DNA of 62,105 nucleotides, the filler included, from Asterionella formosa (taxonomy: Eukaryota), in the NCBI GenBank assembly GCA_002256025.1. It is 4 parts of 4 records of this genome, joined end to end, with 100 filler letters (N's around TTAATTAATTAA, not from the genome) between each part and the next. Parts side by side here need not be neighbours in the genome. Positions count along the whole stretch, not along the records: positions 1 to 15,463 come from NKIB01005421.1; 3 more parts are not named here. The stretch is one strand, 5' to 3'. Positions 1 through 12,669 of the stretch are shown here, piece after piece. The translations under genes were made by a program, and so were the position numbers. Numbering within the stretch: the first letter of the stretch is position 1; each line of letters begins with the position of its first letter. The notes under the pieces are model-generated. The model had not been told where the DNA came from. It ran no database searches and was given only the letters and a program-made list of their open reading frames with translations.

Positions 1-400
1 GGGATCATACCTGCTATGCATGGTATATATTAATTATAAATGTTCATTTACAACGAAATGTCCTGAAGTGCAATCCATTCATAAGTTAAAGATCAGGACC
101 CACCGCGATCAAATAATATTCATCTTATGTCATGCATATACAACGCAGCCACCAATGCTTGGGTTGCTTATGACATGAGAATGAAATGCAATTAAGCTTA
201 TGCATTCATAGGCAAAGAAAGAATGAGACCGGAATCAGGTCTTGAGATGTGCATATGGAATGATATATTGAATCTACCTTTGCATTTTAAAATATCCCGT
301 GTTAAAATAGCGGTGATATCCAACCTGTAATTATCCTGTAAATAACAAAAGTTATTCAGGTAATGATTGACGTAAGACATATTCAATGTGCTGTCGCATT

Positions 401-566
401 AAAATCATAGCATTGTTGCTATTGTCGCACATAATTCTGTTAAGGCGATATGTTCAGCATTCTGCTGTTTTTTTATTAGGCATAAAATCATAGCATTGTT
501 GCTATTGTTGCACATAATTCTGTTAAGGCGATATGTTCAGCATTCTGCTGGTTTTTTATTAGGCAC
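401..566. repeat. Tandem duplication, 2 x ~83 bp
   Basis: aaaatcatagcattgttgctattg...ttattaggca occurs at 401 and again at 484, nearly identical. Confidence 0.9.
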
Positions 567-1339
567 ATCGGCCACTAACTGACCAACAGGTGGGTTCATG
601 ACCACTAAAATTTCCTGGGCAGATTCATAAATAGTCGGCAGGTATGGCCCTCGGCACAGTACCCTAACCAGACATCATCATAGGGTTAACCCATGGATTT
701 GCTTGTAAAAAACATGCACGGAAGAAAAAAACATGAATAGAGTTAGCTGTGTTAGTATGATAATTTGCTCCGCGTAGAATTTCTACGACAGGAGAGGAAC
801 AGGAACCACAGGATTCCGAACAGGAACAAGGTTAGTAGTGTTAGTAATGTTAACTCCATGAACCTTATGTATGACCGTTGTTTCATATCCCATGCGTGGT
901 CGGTTGCATTAAAATGCATGTGCCCTGCCATTTCCACTGAGCACAAAATTATCATGTACAAATTTACGCTTGAAATGGTGGTTGTACTCTTGATACATCA
1001 CAGGACTGTATTTAGCAATGCGAAGACGATCTTTTGTTAAAATTGACACCAGTCACGCTTATTTTCTTGATGCATCATGGAATTGTCTTCAACTTCAACT
1101 ATTTATTTACGATTTTGTGTTAGAAAATTGACACCAGGTACGCGCGTTCTCTCGAAATAACACGATGCCTTCAGCGATGCGAAGTCGATTTTGGCTTATG
1201 GTAGAACTCATGCTTGAGGATGTGCTTGAGTTGATCTTTGAATGATTGTTGACTCTCGAAGTAAGTCAAAACCAAGCGAATCATTTTTTTTTGTTCTTTT
1301 CATTGTTCCACTCAAACACTTGTTGCCACGCATTGTCGA

Positions 1340-1720
1340 TCAAGCAAAGTGACAATCAACCTCAAATCTTCCTTGGCGGAAACCTCTTGATCTTCTGGCT
1401 GAGTTATCATGAGTTTTAGGAGCATCTTTAAGGTCTTGAGACAGGCAGCAAAGTCGATTATAAACATGTTGAAATGTTTTATTGAGTAATATCATGGCAT
1501 CCAGCCACTGTTATTGACTCTCAGAGATATCATGAAGAAGGTAATCTTCCAGCCACATCGCTCACTATGACTTTCTTGTTGAGACTGTTATGGTGGGACT
1601 GAGCATCTGAGTGTATTGCAATGCTCATCCAGTCAGACAAAACGATATCTGTGAGTCATCTTTTGTAGCAGTAGATGAACAAGCAAGGAATCTGCTGGAC
1701 TGAAGATATATGTGTTAGCC
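1340..1720 (+). pseudogene. Possible decayed HotDog-fold acyl-CoA thioesterase fragment
   Basis: Frameshifted pieces read like 'IFLGGNLL', 'MKKVIFQ', 'YGGT', 'ICES..FVAVDEQ'. Many stops; resemblance judged by eye only. Confidence 0.25.
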
Positions 1721-2494
1721 ATATCACAGGATTTACTGAGGAAATCAATAAACAAGCTTCCCCTGAGCGTCAATTGATCATGTCTTTGCTGTAAGACTCC
1801 AAATGTCGACCTGGCTTGTAAGGATACACAAAGAAGTTTGAATCTTGATGTTTAGTATGTTGTTATCCTTCATCAACAATGAGACCACTGGAACTTGAGA
1901 GGACTTCAACAATATTAATTCTAATTGGACTCTTTTTGAATTCAAAGTGAAGCATCTAACTAGAAGTAGTAGTATTTGTTGAATATATGAGCTTATTTGT
2001 TAATCCTTGTGTGTAACTCGTTCTCCAAGTCGACACCAAAGTATACAATGAGGGTTAGTCGAGTTCTCTCATTATTGAGTTCTTATACATATATGATATA
2101 ACACTAACCCTATACACATCTGTATTGATGCGCAAGATCGCTCACAAGGTACTCACTCATCACTGTCTGCGAGGAATCATGTCTGATTTGTTGCTGCTGT
2201 TGCCCTTACATTATATACATGGACTTATTGAATGGCGCCAACCCGGTGTGCAATTCATCTACATCTCCATGTCCACGTCCATGTTGATGGATCCTTCCAT
2301 ATGCAAAATGAACGAGTTTACAAAACGAGCATTGCTCACCATGTATGTCTCATAATCAGGGAAACATCCATAATGAAGATTGTAAACGTAAAATCCAACT
2401 AACAGATTAACAAAACGTACCCTAATTGATAATCAAAACAGAACATAACAGTTCCGTAATTAGAATAATAAATACTAGTTGATCCTTCAAGAGA

Positions 2495-3742
2495 TTACCA
2501 TAATGACCATTTCCCACGGAGGTTCAAATTGCGAAGTGCTGCTTTACCATTTTCTTGAACACCAGCATTCGATGGGTGATTTCGCAAAGAAGACTCAATA
2601 ACGGGTTTTCCACCAGCATTGGATATCGTCACCCTGTTGTTTTCATTCAAAGCCAAGTTCCAAAGTGCTCCACAACCTTTTTCTTGCACAGTAGCATTGG
2701 AGGAATGAGTCTTCATTGCAGACAGAATCGTAGTAATACCTCCTGCTTCAGCAATCGTCACTTTGTTGTTTTCATTATTATTAGCCAAGTTCCAAAGTGC
2801 TCCACAACCATAGTATTGCACAGTAGCATTGGAGGAATGAGTCTTCATTACAGACAGAATCGTAGTGATACCTCCTGCTGCAGCAATCGTCACTCTGTTG
2901 TTTTCATTAACAGTCAAGTTCTGTAGTAATGCACAATAACACTCTTGCATCTTAGCATTGGAAAAATGAGTCTTCATTGCAGACAGAATCGTAGTGAGGT
3001 TCAAATTTCGAAGTGCTGCTTTACCATTTTCTTGAACACCAGCATTCGATGGGTGATTTCGCAAAGAAGACTCAATAACGGTTTTTCCACCAGCATTGGA
3101 TATCTTCACTCTGTTGTTTTCATTCAAAGCCAAGTTCATAAGTGCTCCACAACCATTTTCTTGCACAGTAGCATTTGAGGAATGAGTCTTCATTGCAGAA
3201 AGAATCGTAGTAATACCTCCTACTTCAGCAATTGTCACCCTGTTCTTGTCATTATTCGCAGCCAAGATCCAAAGTGCTCCACAACCATATTCTTGCACAG
3301 TAGCATTGGAGGAATGAGTCTTCATTGCAGACAGTATCGTAGCAATACCTCCGGCTTCAGCAATCGTCACCCTGTTGTTTTCATTATTATAAGCCAAGTC
3401 CCAAAGGTCTGAAGCATTCCGTTCATTCATTCTCATCTTTGAAAGAATTTTAGCAATCGGAGACGGAATTGAAGTGGTTGGAATTTGGGTTGCTGGCAAA
3501 GAAGGAGACTGCTGAGGCATTGGAGTCACTGGAGCAGCAGCCCCTTGGGTAATATTCATGCGATCGCATTTTGGGCAGCTGTTTCGCACAGTCTTCCAAC
3601 CTCCAAATCTCTTCTTTTTGCGAAGCTGAATGTCTGGATGATAAGGACAGAGTCCATTCCTTACGTACTCTGCTTGTACGCCATGCTCATTCAAAATTGG
3701 AGCGTCATGCTTATGGCGGTCGAATGAAGCACCGAATTCCAT
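2495..3742 (-). CDS. Armadillo-repeat protein with an N-terminal CPxH...CxxC motif (415 aa)
   Basis: Intact ORF with ~42-aa ARM repeats (GCGALWNLA..NENNRVTIAEAGGITTILSAMKTH), a Pro/Ser/Thr linker and N-terminal CPYHPDIQLRKK...WKTVRNSCPKC. Confidence 0.85.
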   Translation of the reverse strand: MEFGASFDRHKHDAPILNEHGVQAEYVRNGLCPYHPDIQLRKKKRFGGWKTVRNSCPKCDRMNITQGAAAPVTPMPQQSPSLPATQIPTTSIPSPIAKILSKMRMNERNASDLWDLAYNNENNRVTIAEAGGIATILSAMKTHSSNATVQEYGCGALWILAANNDKNRVTIAEVGGITTILSAMKTHSSNATVQENGCGALMNLALNENNRVKISNAGGKTVIESSLRNHPSNAGVQENGKAALRNLNLTTILSAMKTHFSNAKMQECYCALLQNLTVNENNRVTIAAAGGITTILSVMKTHSSNATVQYYGCGALWNLANNNENNKVTIAEAGGITTILSAMKTHSSNATVQEKGCGALWNLALNENNRVTISNAGGKPVIESSLRNHPSNAGVQENGKAALRNLNLRGKWSLW

Positions 3743-4899
3743 GGTGGTTGATTTATGAAAGAACGCTTTACTTTTCGTGGTGTGTTTTGATCGTGCTTCT
3801 TTTGGAGACCTTTACATGCTTTGATTTTCCCGATGATATATATTTCTTTGTCCTACCGGTAGTCGTGTTTGATCTACATACATAATTCTTGAGTTCTTCC
3901 ACTTTTTCTCGTGGAATTCTACAGTATATGAAAGATCTAAATTCGTTCAGTCATTCCTATCCTGGAATTTTTGTCCAACGTGATTACAATTATATTCTGG
4001 ATATACCGTATCTATACTGGTACCACGTACAGGTAGTATAGCTATACCAACATCTACATATCATTGTGCTACCTGGTACGTAGTAACAACAATACGATTG
4101 CTGGACTACATACTGGTATGTAGACAATTCGATTCGATTACCGGTAGGGGGAATGATAAAAGGGTTTCTATACATATACCTATGGGCATATATGTAAACA
4201 TATTATTCATTACTTACTATGTACCTACTACAAGACCTTCTTTCCAACGACTAAATAACAATATATTTTTTCTTTCTTCCCATGCTCTGGGTTATATCCA
4301 CTTTCTAAGTAATTTAATGTATAGAGATGAAAGGACCTTAGCTATGTGGCATATATAGGAAATGGAACAAAAATTGTCTGTCACACAGATCATCTACCGG
4401 TAATTTTTTTAATAATTATAATTATGAAAATACTACTTACAGAATGGATCTTGTAGGAAAACGTTTCATGACTGATGAGGACATCCACCTGGTACATAAT
4501 AATCGGTAGGATGTTGCAGAAGGTGGAAGTATACTGGCATTTATGTATATTATATGATAGCAGAGGTAATTAAATCAATATAAAGAGTAAATAACCCCGA
4601 GGGTCATTTTAGCTCCCAGGTACAGTATTCTGCCAAGTAAAATTCCGGAAATGATTCAGAATTTTTCCCTTTCGACTCGGACCGACAAACTGTTGGTACA
4701 ATGTCAGTGTACAGACAAAGTGAAAGTGAGAAGCGAAGACTTGCTTTTACTTTTGAGCAGGGTAAATAATACCGTAGACCTCTTCATATCTTCTCCACGC
4801 ATATAAATAACTAGAGGTTATTATTATATTCAAACCACGCGTCAGACTTCATTTTATGTGGCAAGTCTGGACGTGTTAAAATAAACAACCCTCACCTCT

Positions 4900-5510
4900 C
4901 TTTTACAAGGCTTTGAAGAAACGCATGGATGTTTCATTTCCACCAACATTAGCTGGTGGTCAATTGTTGACCAAACAAATACAGATGGATAACAATTCAA
5001 AAATGGTCATCTCACTCACACTCCATTTTTTCGAACCAATACAGCTCATGGCAGCATTGCTACGCGATTCCGATATCATGCAACATTTTGTCTGTCACCC
5101 ACAAGTGAAACTTACAACTTGTGGAGAACGAATATATGACGAAGTAACTTCCGCAACTTGATTTTAAAATGCTTTCGACAATTTTAAAGGATCAGAAAAC
5201 AATGGAGTGTTGAAGACAGGGTATTCTTTTTTGCCCTGGCAGTTTTCAGTGATGGCTCACCTATTGATAAACAAATGAAACATTCGGAGTATCCCTTTTT
5301 GTTGACAATGTAAAACATGACATTAGAAGGAAGGAAAAAAGTTTATGGATGGCAGTTGGTATGAATCCCACCTAAATGTGATGTCTCCCAATCTAAAAGC
5401 AAATACGCTACAGAACACGAGTGGTGTCGTGTTATATCGCATAATCTTTTTATGCCTGCACTAATAAACCATTTTTTGGTGGTGACTTCGAAGGATTATT
5501 TGGTGCAATT
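4900..5510 (+). pseudogene. Decayed Plavaka-like (CMC-related) transposase fragment, copy 1
   Basis: Translation across stops and frameshifts gives LHFFEPIQLMAALLRD...ERIYDEVTSAT...LAVFSDGSPIDKQMKHSEYPFLLT...GWQLV...EWCRVISHN...GGDFEGLFGA. This matches the R.Y.E...SD.....YP pattern of Plavaka transposases and is paralogous to 5800-7500(-). Confidence 0.6.
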
Positions 5511-5799
5511 CTGTCTGTGAATAGATTTTCCATTAGATCTAACATTTTACTCAGCATACGTTAAAAAACTGATTGATTATTCAAATATTTTGACATGCTG
5601 ATGATAATTTTGATATATCAGCGGCTGTGTCTGTATGATCAATCGAATTTGTACATTAGGTTAGTAGCATCCACACGTTAGGTTATGCATGTATAAGAAC
5701 TCGTATATATTAGTTACCAAATCTAATCGGTTAACCAAAATTGTTGATATATTGATCAAATGTTCTGTTATGTTGATGATAATTTTGATTTATCAATGA

Positions 5800-7950
5800 C
5801 CGTATCGGTGTGCCCGTTGTCAATGGCGAAGATTGTCAATAGACATAATCCGGAATTTCTTGTCATGACAATTTTGTTAAAGCTGTTAATCCCGCCCTGT
5901 ACGATGTTTTGGGAATGTTACAATCACTTTGTCTTTCTAAATGTGCATTGATAAGTCTTGCTATCCTTTCAAAATATATTTTTGAAAATATATTACAATT
6001 TTGATTTTCCAACTTAGGTCTACACTGTTGCCAATGTAGATACAATTGTTGTTCAGAACGTGTATCATCATCAGTAATTGGTAGTTCCTTTCCACCACTC
6101 TCGTCATGTTTTTCTTCCTGGATATCTCCTTTTCTAATTTTTTTGGTTCAGGTACATTTGGACATGCTCGTTTGTTCAAAAATTGTTTCCAAACTTCAGT
6201 GACTGCTCTGTAATTGTACTGAGATTCTAGAATGTATGGCAACATTACTATGAGAAATTGGTGTAGAGTTTCGAAACGGGTAGCACCATGGACTCCCTGC
6301 TTATTACCACCGAAAAAGTGATAGGAAAGGGCTGGAATAATCGTGTTTTGTGATATTTGTCGACACCATTCATCTTTGGTTGCATATCTGCGACTTTGCA
6401 TTATATCAAACGAATCAGGTAAATTTGGTAACTTTTCATCTGAATGATGAATGTTTTTCAAAACCCATTCCAGATATGGTTCAGTGTAGCTCACAAGGAG
6501 TGGTTCGCATTTTGCATATGGATTATCAGAGTTCGGAGTAGTAACTGTACAGTCTCTACAGATATGTAGTCTGTATTTTCTATTCCGTCCTCAGAAACCG
6601 CATATTTTGTTGTGTTCATCTGTATCACCAATGATCATGCCAATTTCAAAGAAAACTTTCGTTTTACCCAATCCATGAACAAACAATTCATAACACTTGT
6701 TTTCATCACGAAATGGTTCCGATAAAAATTCCGTAGGCCGATGAGATTGAGCCAACCGGCCGTTCCTTACTCAAATCAGATTTATTTGAATATTTTTTAA
6801 GTCAGTAACTTTTATGTCAGGTAACAACGACACCAATTACCAAATATTTTGTTGTGTTCATCTGTATCACCAATGATCATGCCAATTTGAAAGAAAAACT
6901 TTCGCTTTACCCAATCCATGAACAAGCAATTAATAACACTTGTTTGGATCACGAAATGGTTCCAATAAAAATCCCGTAGACCGATGATATTGAGCTAACC
7001 GGCCGTTCCTTACTCAAATCAGATATATTTGAACTTTTTTCTAAGTCATTAACTTCTATGTCAGGTAACAACGACACCAATTACCATGCTTCCTCGATAG
7101 ACAAATTGAGTATTATTATTAACAATTGATGTTCAGAATGTTTCTGCATTTTGTCATTTGCGGATCCATCACTGAAAAGTCCAATTCCTACAAACAGGTG
7201 GCCAGCTTTTAGTTTCCCATCCTCTGAAGCGTGGGAATCATTTATAAGCTGAGTGAAACCATTCTGCAGAAGTAGTTTCATCGTTTTTGCGTATTCCGCA
7301 ATTTGTGAATTTCTCTTGCGGGTTGTACACAAAATGTTGCATCACGTCAGGATCTCGTAGCATGGAACCCAGTAACCCAACAGGATCAAAATAATGCAGA
7401 GTGCAGGGTAGTTGAAATCCTGAATTAGGTTCACTTTCTCATTGTTTTACCAACAACTTGCCCCTGTAAGAGATGGAGGAAATGATGTATTCAAATTTTT
7501 TTAAATGTCTGATGGGTTGGTGCACGATGCTTTTTCTGGAATTAGTCATCATCACGAGCCTTGAAAGCCCAATTCATTATATGATCAAAGTGTGATGGTG
7601 GCAAGAAATGTTCGTTGATAAATAACATTAGCTCTTACTAGATTGGGTCCATTGCTAATGTTTCTCTAGTGGGAATAGACAAGATGTATGGCAGAGGAAT
7701 ACGCTTTGATTGATTCAATAAAAGTCCTTCGTCGTTCATTGTTTGCAAAATACTGTATGTTTTTCCGGAAATCGATTCAAACTGTATAATGTCTTCACAG
7801 TCCTCTGTTGAGATAATATTATCATCATCTTCGAAACTATTATTTCCTTTGGGGAAAGAAACATCACAGGCTGGTTGCTGAATGCCTTCCAATATTTGTC
7901 TGAACGTGATGAGGTGTTCAAAGGGAGTTTGCAAACAGAATTCCGAAGAT
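5800..7950 (-). pseudogene. Decayed Plavaka-like transposase, copy 2 (longer)
   Basis: Ordered motifs on the minus strand: LHYFDPVGLLGSMLRD, GIGLFSDGSANDKMQKHSEH, IGMIIGDTDEHNKICG, GVHGATRFETLHQ, ERQSDCNIPKTSYRAGLTALTKL. Interrupted by stops, frameshifts and a tandem duplication. Confidence 0.65.
6602..7085. repeat. Tandem duplication, 2 x ~242 bp, inside the transposase relic
   Basis: atattttgttgtgttcatctgtatcaccaatgatcatgcc...caacgacaccaattac occurs at ~6602 and ~6844. Confidence 0.9.
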
Positions 7951-8506
7951 GCAACGATTGACGGATCTAGCTGGTGTTCTTGATGACAAACACGACATCA
8001 ACCAAATGGTACAAAAGAACGATTCAAGCAAATATTGTGATGCAATCTCAATGGTTTCCGATTTTTTCTCACTTTCTAGCCACATAGTGGACACCAGTTA
8101 TAGATCCTTCGTGTAGCACCTGATAACATTTGTCAACCAATACCATCAGACATCGAATGAAATGACTTCGTCTTCACTTGTAACTAAGTTTCATGATGAT
8201 ACGCATTAGTACCAACTAAACATTCATGTTAGAATACTGTAGAATTTGTCGGTACTCTCGAACAGTAGGTTTGCCCTACCAGTATTGCAGTATTCCTCAT
8301 GCCATTGATGAATTTCTTACGTTTTTGACGGTTACTTTACGGCTGGTACTTACCGTTGACCCAAACCAAAACCAAAAAACTTATTTTTTGGATTGGTTTT
8401 TCTGGAATTAGATCATAAGTTAGACCATCCTGTTCCGTCATGTTGCAATAAAAATGACGAGAGTTTCTGGTTACGACCACATATTTATCCATCAGTATTT
8501 ATGTTG

Positions 8507-9458
8507 TCATCCTGTCATTTCAGTTCGGCGACAGAGTGTCCATTTCTTTGCTTTATAGCTATCGACAAATAGAAATGTATCCGTAGAGCACCAATTTTTT
8601 AAACTATTATCCAAAGCTCCTCCAGAAATGAATCCGCAGAGCACCATTTTTAAACTATTATCCAAAGCTCCTCCATTGACTATATCTCCACGCATGAGAA
8701 AGATGAATTTGAATGGTATGGACAAATGTATTGCATGCTTGTTCTTATCCGCAAAATTATCCCATATGTTTAAACAGTTCCCTCCTAAAGACAAGGACAT
8801 TATCATTCCCCAAGGCATAGGAGTTTCCCTTTCGCATTCTGTCGGTGTATAATCTTGGTGTGGTTTCTGAGGTTTTGGGTAGCCATTCTTTCCAGAATTG
8901 GTGAACAGCATAGTGGCAGTGTGTGGTATAACTCTGAAGCTATTACCAGAGAAATCATCGGAACCTATTAGTAACAAGCACTTTATCAAATGCCAACATG
9001 TTTTTACATTTGTCAGATCCAGCTTTGAATATTTTAAGCTGTCGGTAAAATTCTTGAAAGAAAACACTCCCATGGCTTTCTCTTCCGCCCATGGTATTTG
9101 CAAGTGCTTTATATGTTGCAGTTGTTTTGAATGTTTGTTTCAACAAACGAATAGGAGGGTTATAGATTTTCTTGGAAGCACAAAAAGATTTCGCAAAATG
9201 CAAAAATGGATCGTCTTTTTCTTCCGTTCCGAAAAACTCATCATGAAGGAAAGATAAATTAAGGAAAAACACACGTTCTTGTTCAATTCCGTCGATAACA
9301 TAAAGGAAGTTATCAGTTTTCAGAACTGTTATGATCAACCGTAATGAATCAGTGATGAAACATGGGAAATCGTCATTTTCTGCTGGATTCGGTGGCATAT
9401 TTTGGTCTTTCTGATGTAGTCTAAAATCTCGAGGAAAGTAAGTTTTCCATAAAATCAT
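8507..9458 (-). pseudogene. 2OG-Fe(II) dioxygenase-like gene, frameshifted
   Basis: QKPHQDY (HxD), then LSIPFKFIFLMRGDIV[N]GG where the distal His appears as Asn (AAT), then GALRIHFY in a shifted frame. A ~40-bp duplication (8585-8624 / 8638-8676) and a frameshift near 9100 disrupt it. Confidence 0.55.
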
Positions 9459-9562
9459 CGCTGGTCCTATATGTTTCCGAAATTTCCTTGAAGTTTCAAA
9501 TGATTTTTTTTTAACAATTCAGAATCAAGTCTGCAAATAAAAACTATAAAAATAATATATGT

Positions 9563-9634
9563 CCATGATGCATCATACGATTGTGATCATCTGATCATAA
9601 TTTTTCGTTATATCATCTAATAATTTTGATAAAT
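9563..9634. repeat. 72-bp dispersed direct repeat, copy 1
   Basis: ccatgatgcatcatacgattgtgatcatctgatcataatttttcgttatatcatctaataattttgataaat is nearly identical to 12083-12154. Confidence 0.9.
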
Positions 9635-12082
9635 GCCTTTGTAATTTAAATAGTAACCCTTTTGACTACATATATTTAATTATTATATGTATTGTTTCTA
9701 TTTGATTCCTGTATTCGAATTTCTTGGTAGGATAATGTACCAGTTCAAGTAATGTAATTTGGCTCGTCATTTCCATCCGTCATCACTCCGATCTTTGCAA
9801 CAACAACGAAATACTAGCAATGACAAGTGGAATGAATGTTTGCGATAATGTCTTCAATTTGTTGGTCAAGTGATCATAATATCTTCAAGTAATTGTCATG
9901 TGCAGTGAACCTTTGTTCATGATCATTCAATAAAGAGTTTACAGGAGAGAAGAAACCATTCGAACTCGTAATGTTTCCGCACACAGCGCACAAAGTATAT
10001 CCGTTTCGTCCACTTCAGCATGACAATCTCGACAATCAACCTGTTTCGTAAACTAACACATTCTACTTGCTCTTGTTAACATTTTCAATTCTCACATGAT
10101 ACTACATCTACTATTGAGATTCAGCATAGAAGGAGATACGAAAATGTGCGTAACAGACTACTGTCCACATAGCTATAGTTATAGAATGATTCTGATTAGA
10201 ATGCATTTCATTTTGCTTCATATCGCTCGCTCGTTTCTGCATTTGGCATACTGTACTTGAATTAACTATTGAACTTGTCCGCATCTTTGATACCATCAAG
10301 CAAGAGAGCGAAAGCAAGTGGCTCTTTTCATTGTTGTTTGCCCATAGGAAAAATTTGATTTCTGTATCATCATTTGCTTGTTGGAATTGTCCATTGCCTC
10401 AAACCTGCTTGGCGTGTGCGTGCACACACTGTCGACTTGTTTTCATTGGTATGTTGTTCTTGTATTCACTGTTGAACTTGTCCGCATCTTTGTTAACATC
10501 AATAGAGTGACAAGTGGGTTTCTTCATTGTTATTTGCTCCTGGAAAAGTCGGTGTCCGTGTCATCCTCATCAATAGAGAGACAAGTTCTTTCTCTGGAAA
10601 AATTGGTACTCGTGGTATCATCTCATCATGATTGATAAGATGATAATGTGATATCATGATAGGATTACATCGATGGATACATCACCAAAGTATGATACGT
10701 AATAATGAATAAAGTACATCACATAGCTATGATGCATTGATCATAGAACTGTGATGATTTCTTAAAATGTATATGATATAATTTTGATCAAAATATGATC
10801 ATGTTAAATAAAATAAAATAAAATACGATAAAATATGTACGCAAGCGTTACCAAGACATCATAGAATATAAATCAAGCAATGTTTGTCATTTAATGTATA
10901 CAGTTAAAGTCAAAAATTAATATGATAGTATTATACAGTGGATAGGATCTAAGTATATGGATGCATTGATATGTACATCACTATAATATAATTTGTGATA
11001 TGGATTGATGCATATCACATACCGGTATCCTCAGCAACCAGCCATCACGTTAATTGTCGTGTCGTCTTTCCTTGTTTTAGCTATATATATGCCGGCATGT
11101 GAATTCTGTAAACACTACGCTGGCGGAACATGCATATTACACTGTGCTCTGTTCAACAATTACTACACGGTTACCATCACACCAGTTCCACCTCCACAAG
11201 CGCCGCAAAAAGCTCCGTGTTTCCTTTCCACTGTTTTACATCATATTCTTCTGGCCCTATGACAACTTTCCAAATGGCATTTCACGGATTTCATGGAAAG
11301 GATCAGTCAAACAAGAAACGAGACTTACTTCCATTGTTTACACTACACGACTTTATGTTTTCGGAAAAGAAGATGAAGAAAGTTATGAAATCAATCGAAG
11401 ATTCCTTTGAATACACTCAAAGATCAAATGAATTTGCACGGATTCATAATACTCCAGAAAAAATAAGGAAGCAAATATGCCAACCGATACAATAGTGGCT
11501 GAGATTGAAAAGAAGGAAAGATTGCTTTCGAAGAGCCAAGGAAAACCAAACAGTTGGTCATCTTGGATGAAGACTCTATTCGTACAGAGTCACAGTTCCA
11601 CCATCCAGTGTCGTATTTTGCTCATTCACCCGAAATCGTTGATAATGAAGAATAACTCAGTGATTCTCATTCATTTGATGAACAAATTCATGCGATGAAC
11701 GAAAATATCGGCGGGAATGTGGCAGACAACACTTTAGAAGTAGAAATGGTTGAAAAGTTGCAAAACCAAGAAACATATCTCACTATCCGTCCAGAACATC
11801 AAGATGAACATCATAAAAGCAGAGAAACTATTGCATTTCTAAAAGAATAGATATTCAAGAAAAAGTCTGAGCTAGATCAAGACCTCGAATTCAAGAAGAT
11901 CAATGCAGAAAGAGATGTGATGCTGGATAAGGAAGTTGATGCTCTGAATAGGGAACAAAGTCAGAAACACAAATTGAATCTTTTTCCAAATCATACATGG
12001 AAGAAAAAGAATTTCTTTGTAAAACCATGAAAAAAATCCAGAAGGCAGCTAGCTACGTCTGCAAATGAAAACCATCATATTT

Positions 12083-12154
12083 CCATGATACATCATAGGA
12101 TTATGATCATCTGATCATAATTTTTCGTTATATCATCTAATCATTTTGATAAAT
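12083..12154. repeat. 72-bp dispersed direct repeat, copy 2
   Basis: Matches 9563-9634 with about 4 substitutions. Confidence 0.9.
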
Positions 12155-12669
12155 AATTCTTGCAACAAGGACAAAACAGCCTTGTCGAGAGTGTTTGTGA
12201 TAAAATCTTAATTTGTTGTTCAAGTCATTATATGTCTTCGATGAATCATCATCTACATTGCACAGTATGTTTGTACTATGCAATCCGTTAAGAGCTTGAA
12301 AGGAAATCGAATGAAAACGAAATGGCTCATCACACAACACGATTATTTCCGGTCTGTCACCGGAGCATCGATCAGTGTTACAACCTCAATCATAATAAAC
12401 AACATTCATAATAATAGATCAGATCAATCTAATTCTATCTTACATCGTGTCTGTAACGAGAACATAATACATCTAGAATTGAAACACAGCATAGCAGGCG
12501 ATATGCACAAAGAAGCATGAGACTGTGTATTTATAGTAAACAGAGTGATTCTGGTTTCGTTATTTTCATGTCTCATTAGATTTTCTTTGTCATCGTTCTA
12601 GTTAATTACCTTTAAAGACAGGAGCGTATTCTTTGATGTATCTGGAATTGGTTCAATGTATGGCAGGCA

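Noticed and set aside
1..650. Possible TIR pair (gggatcatacctgc at 1 and gcaggtatggccc near 638)
   Set aside because: Short, imperfect and at the scaffold edge, so no TSD can be checked.
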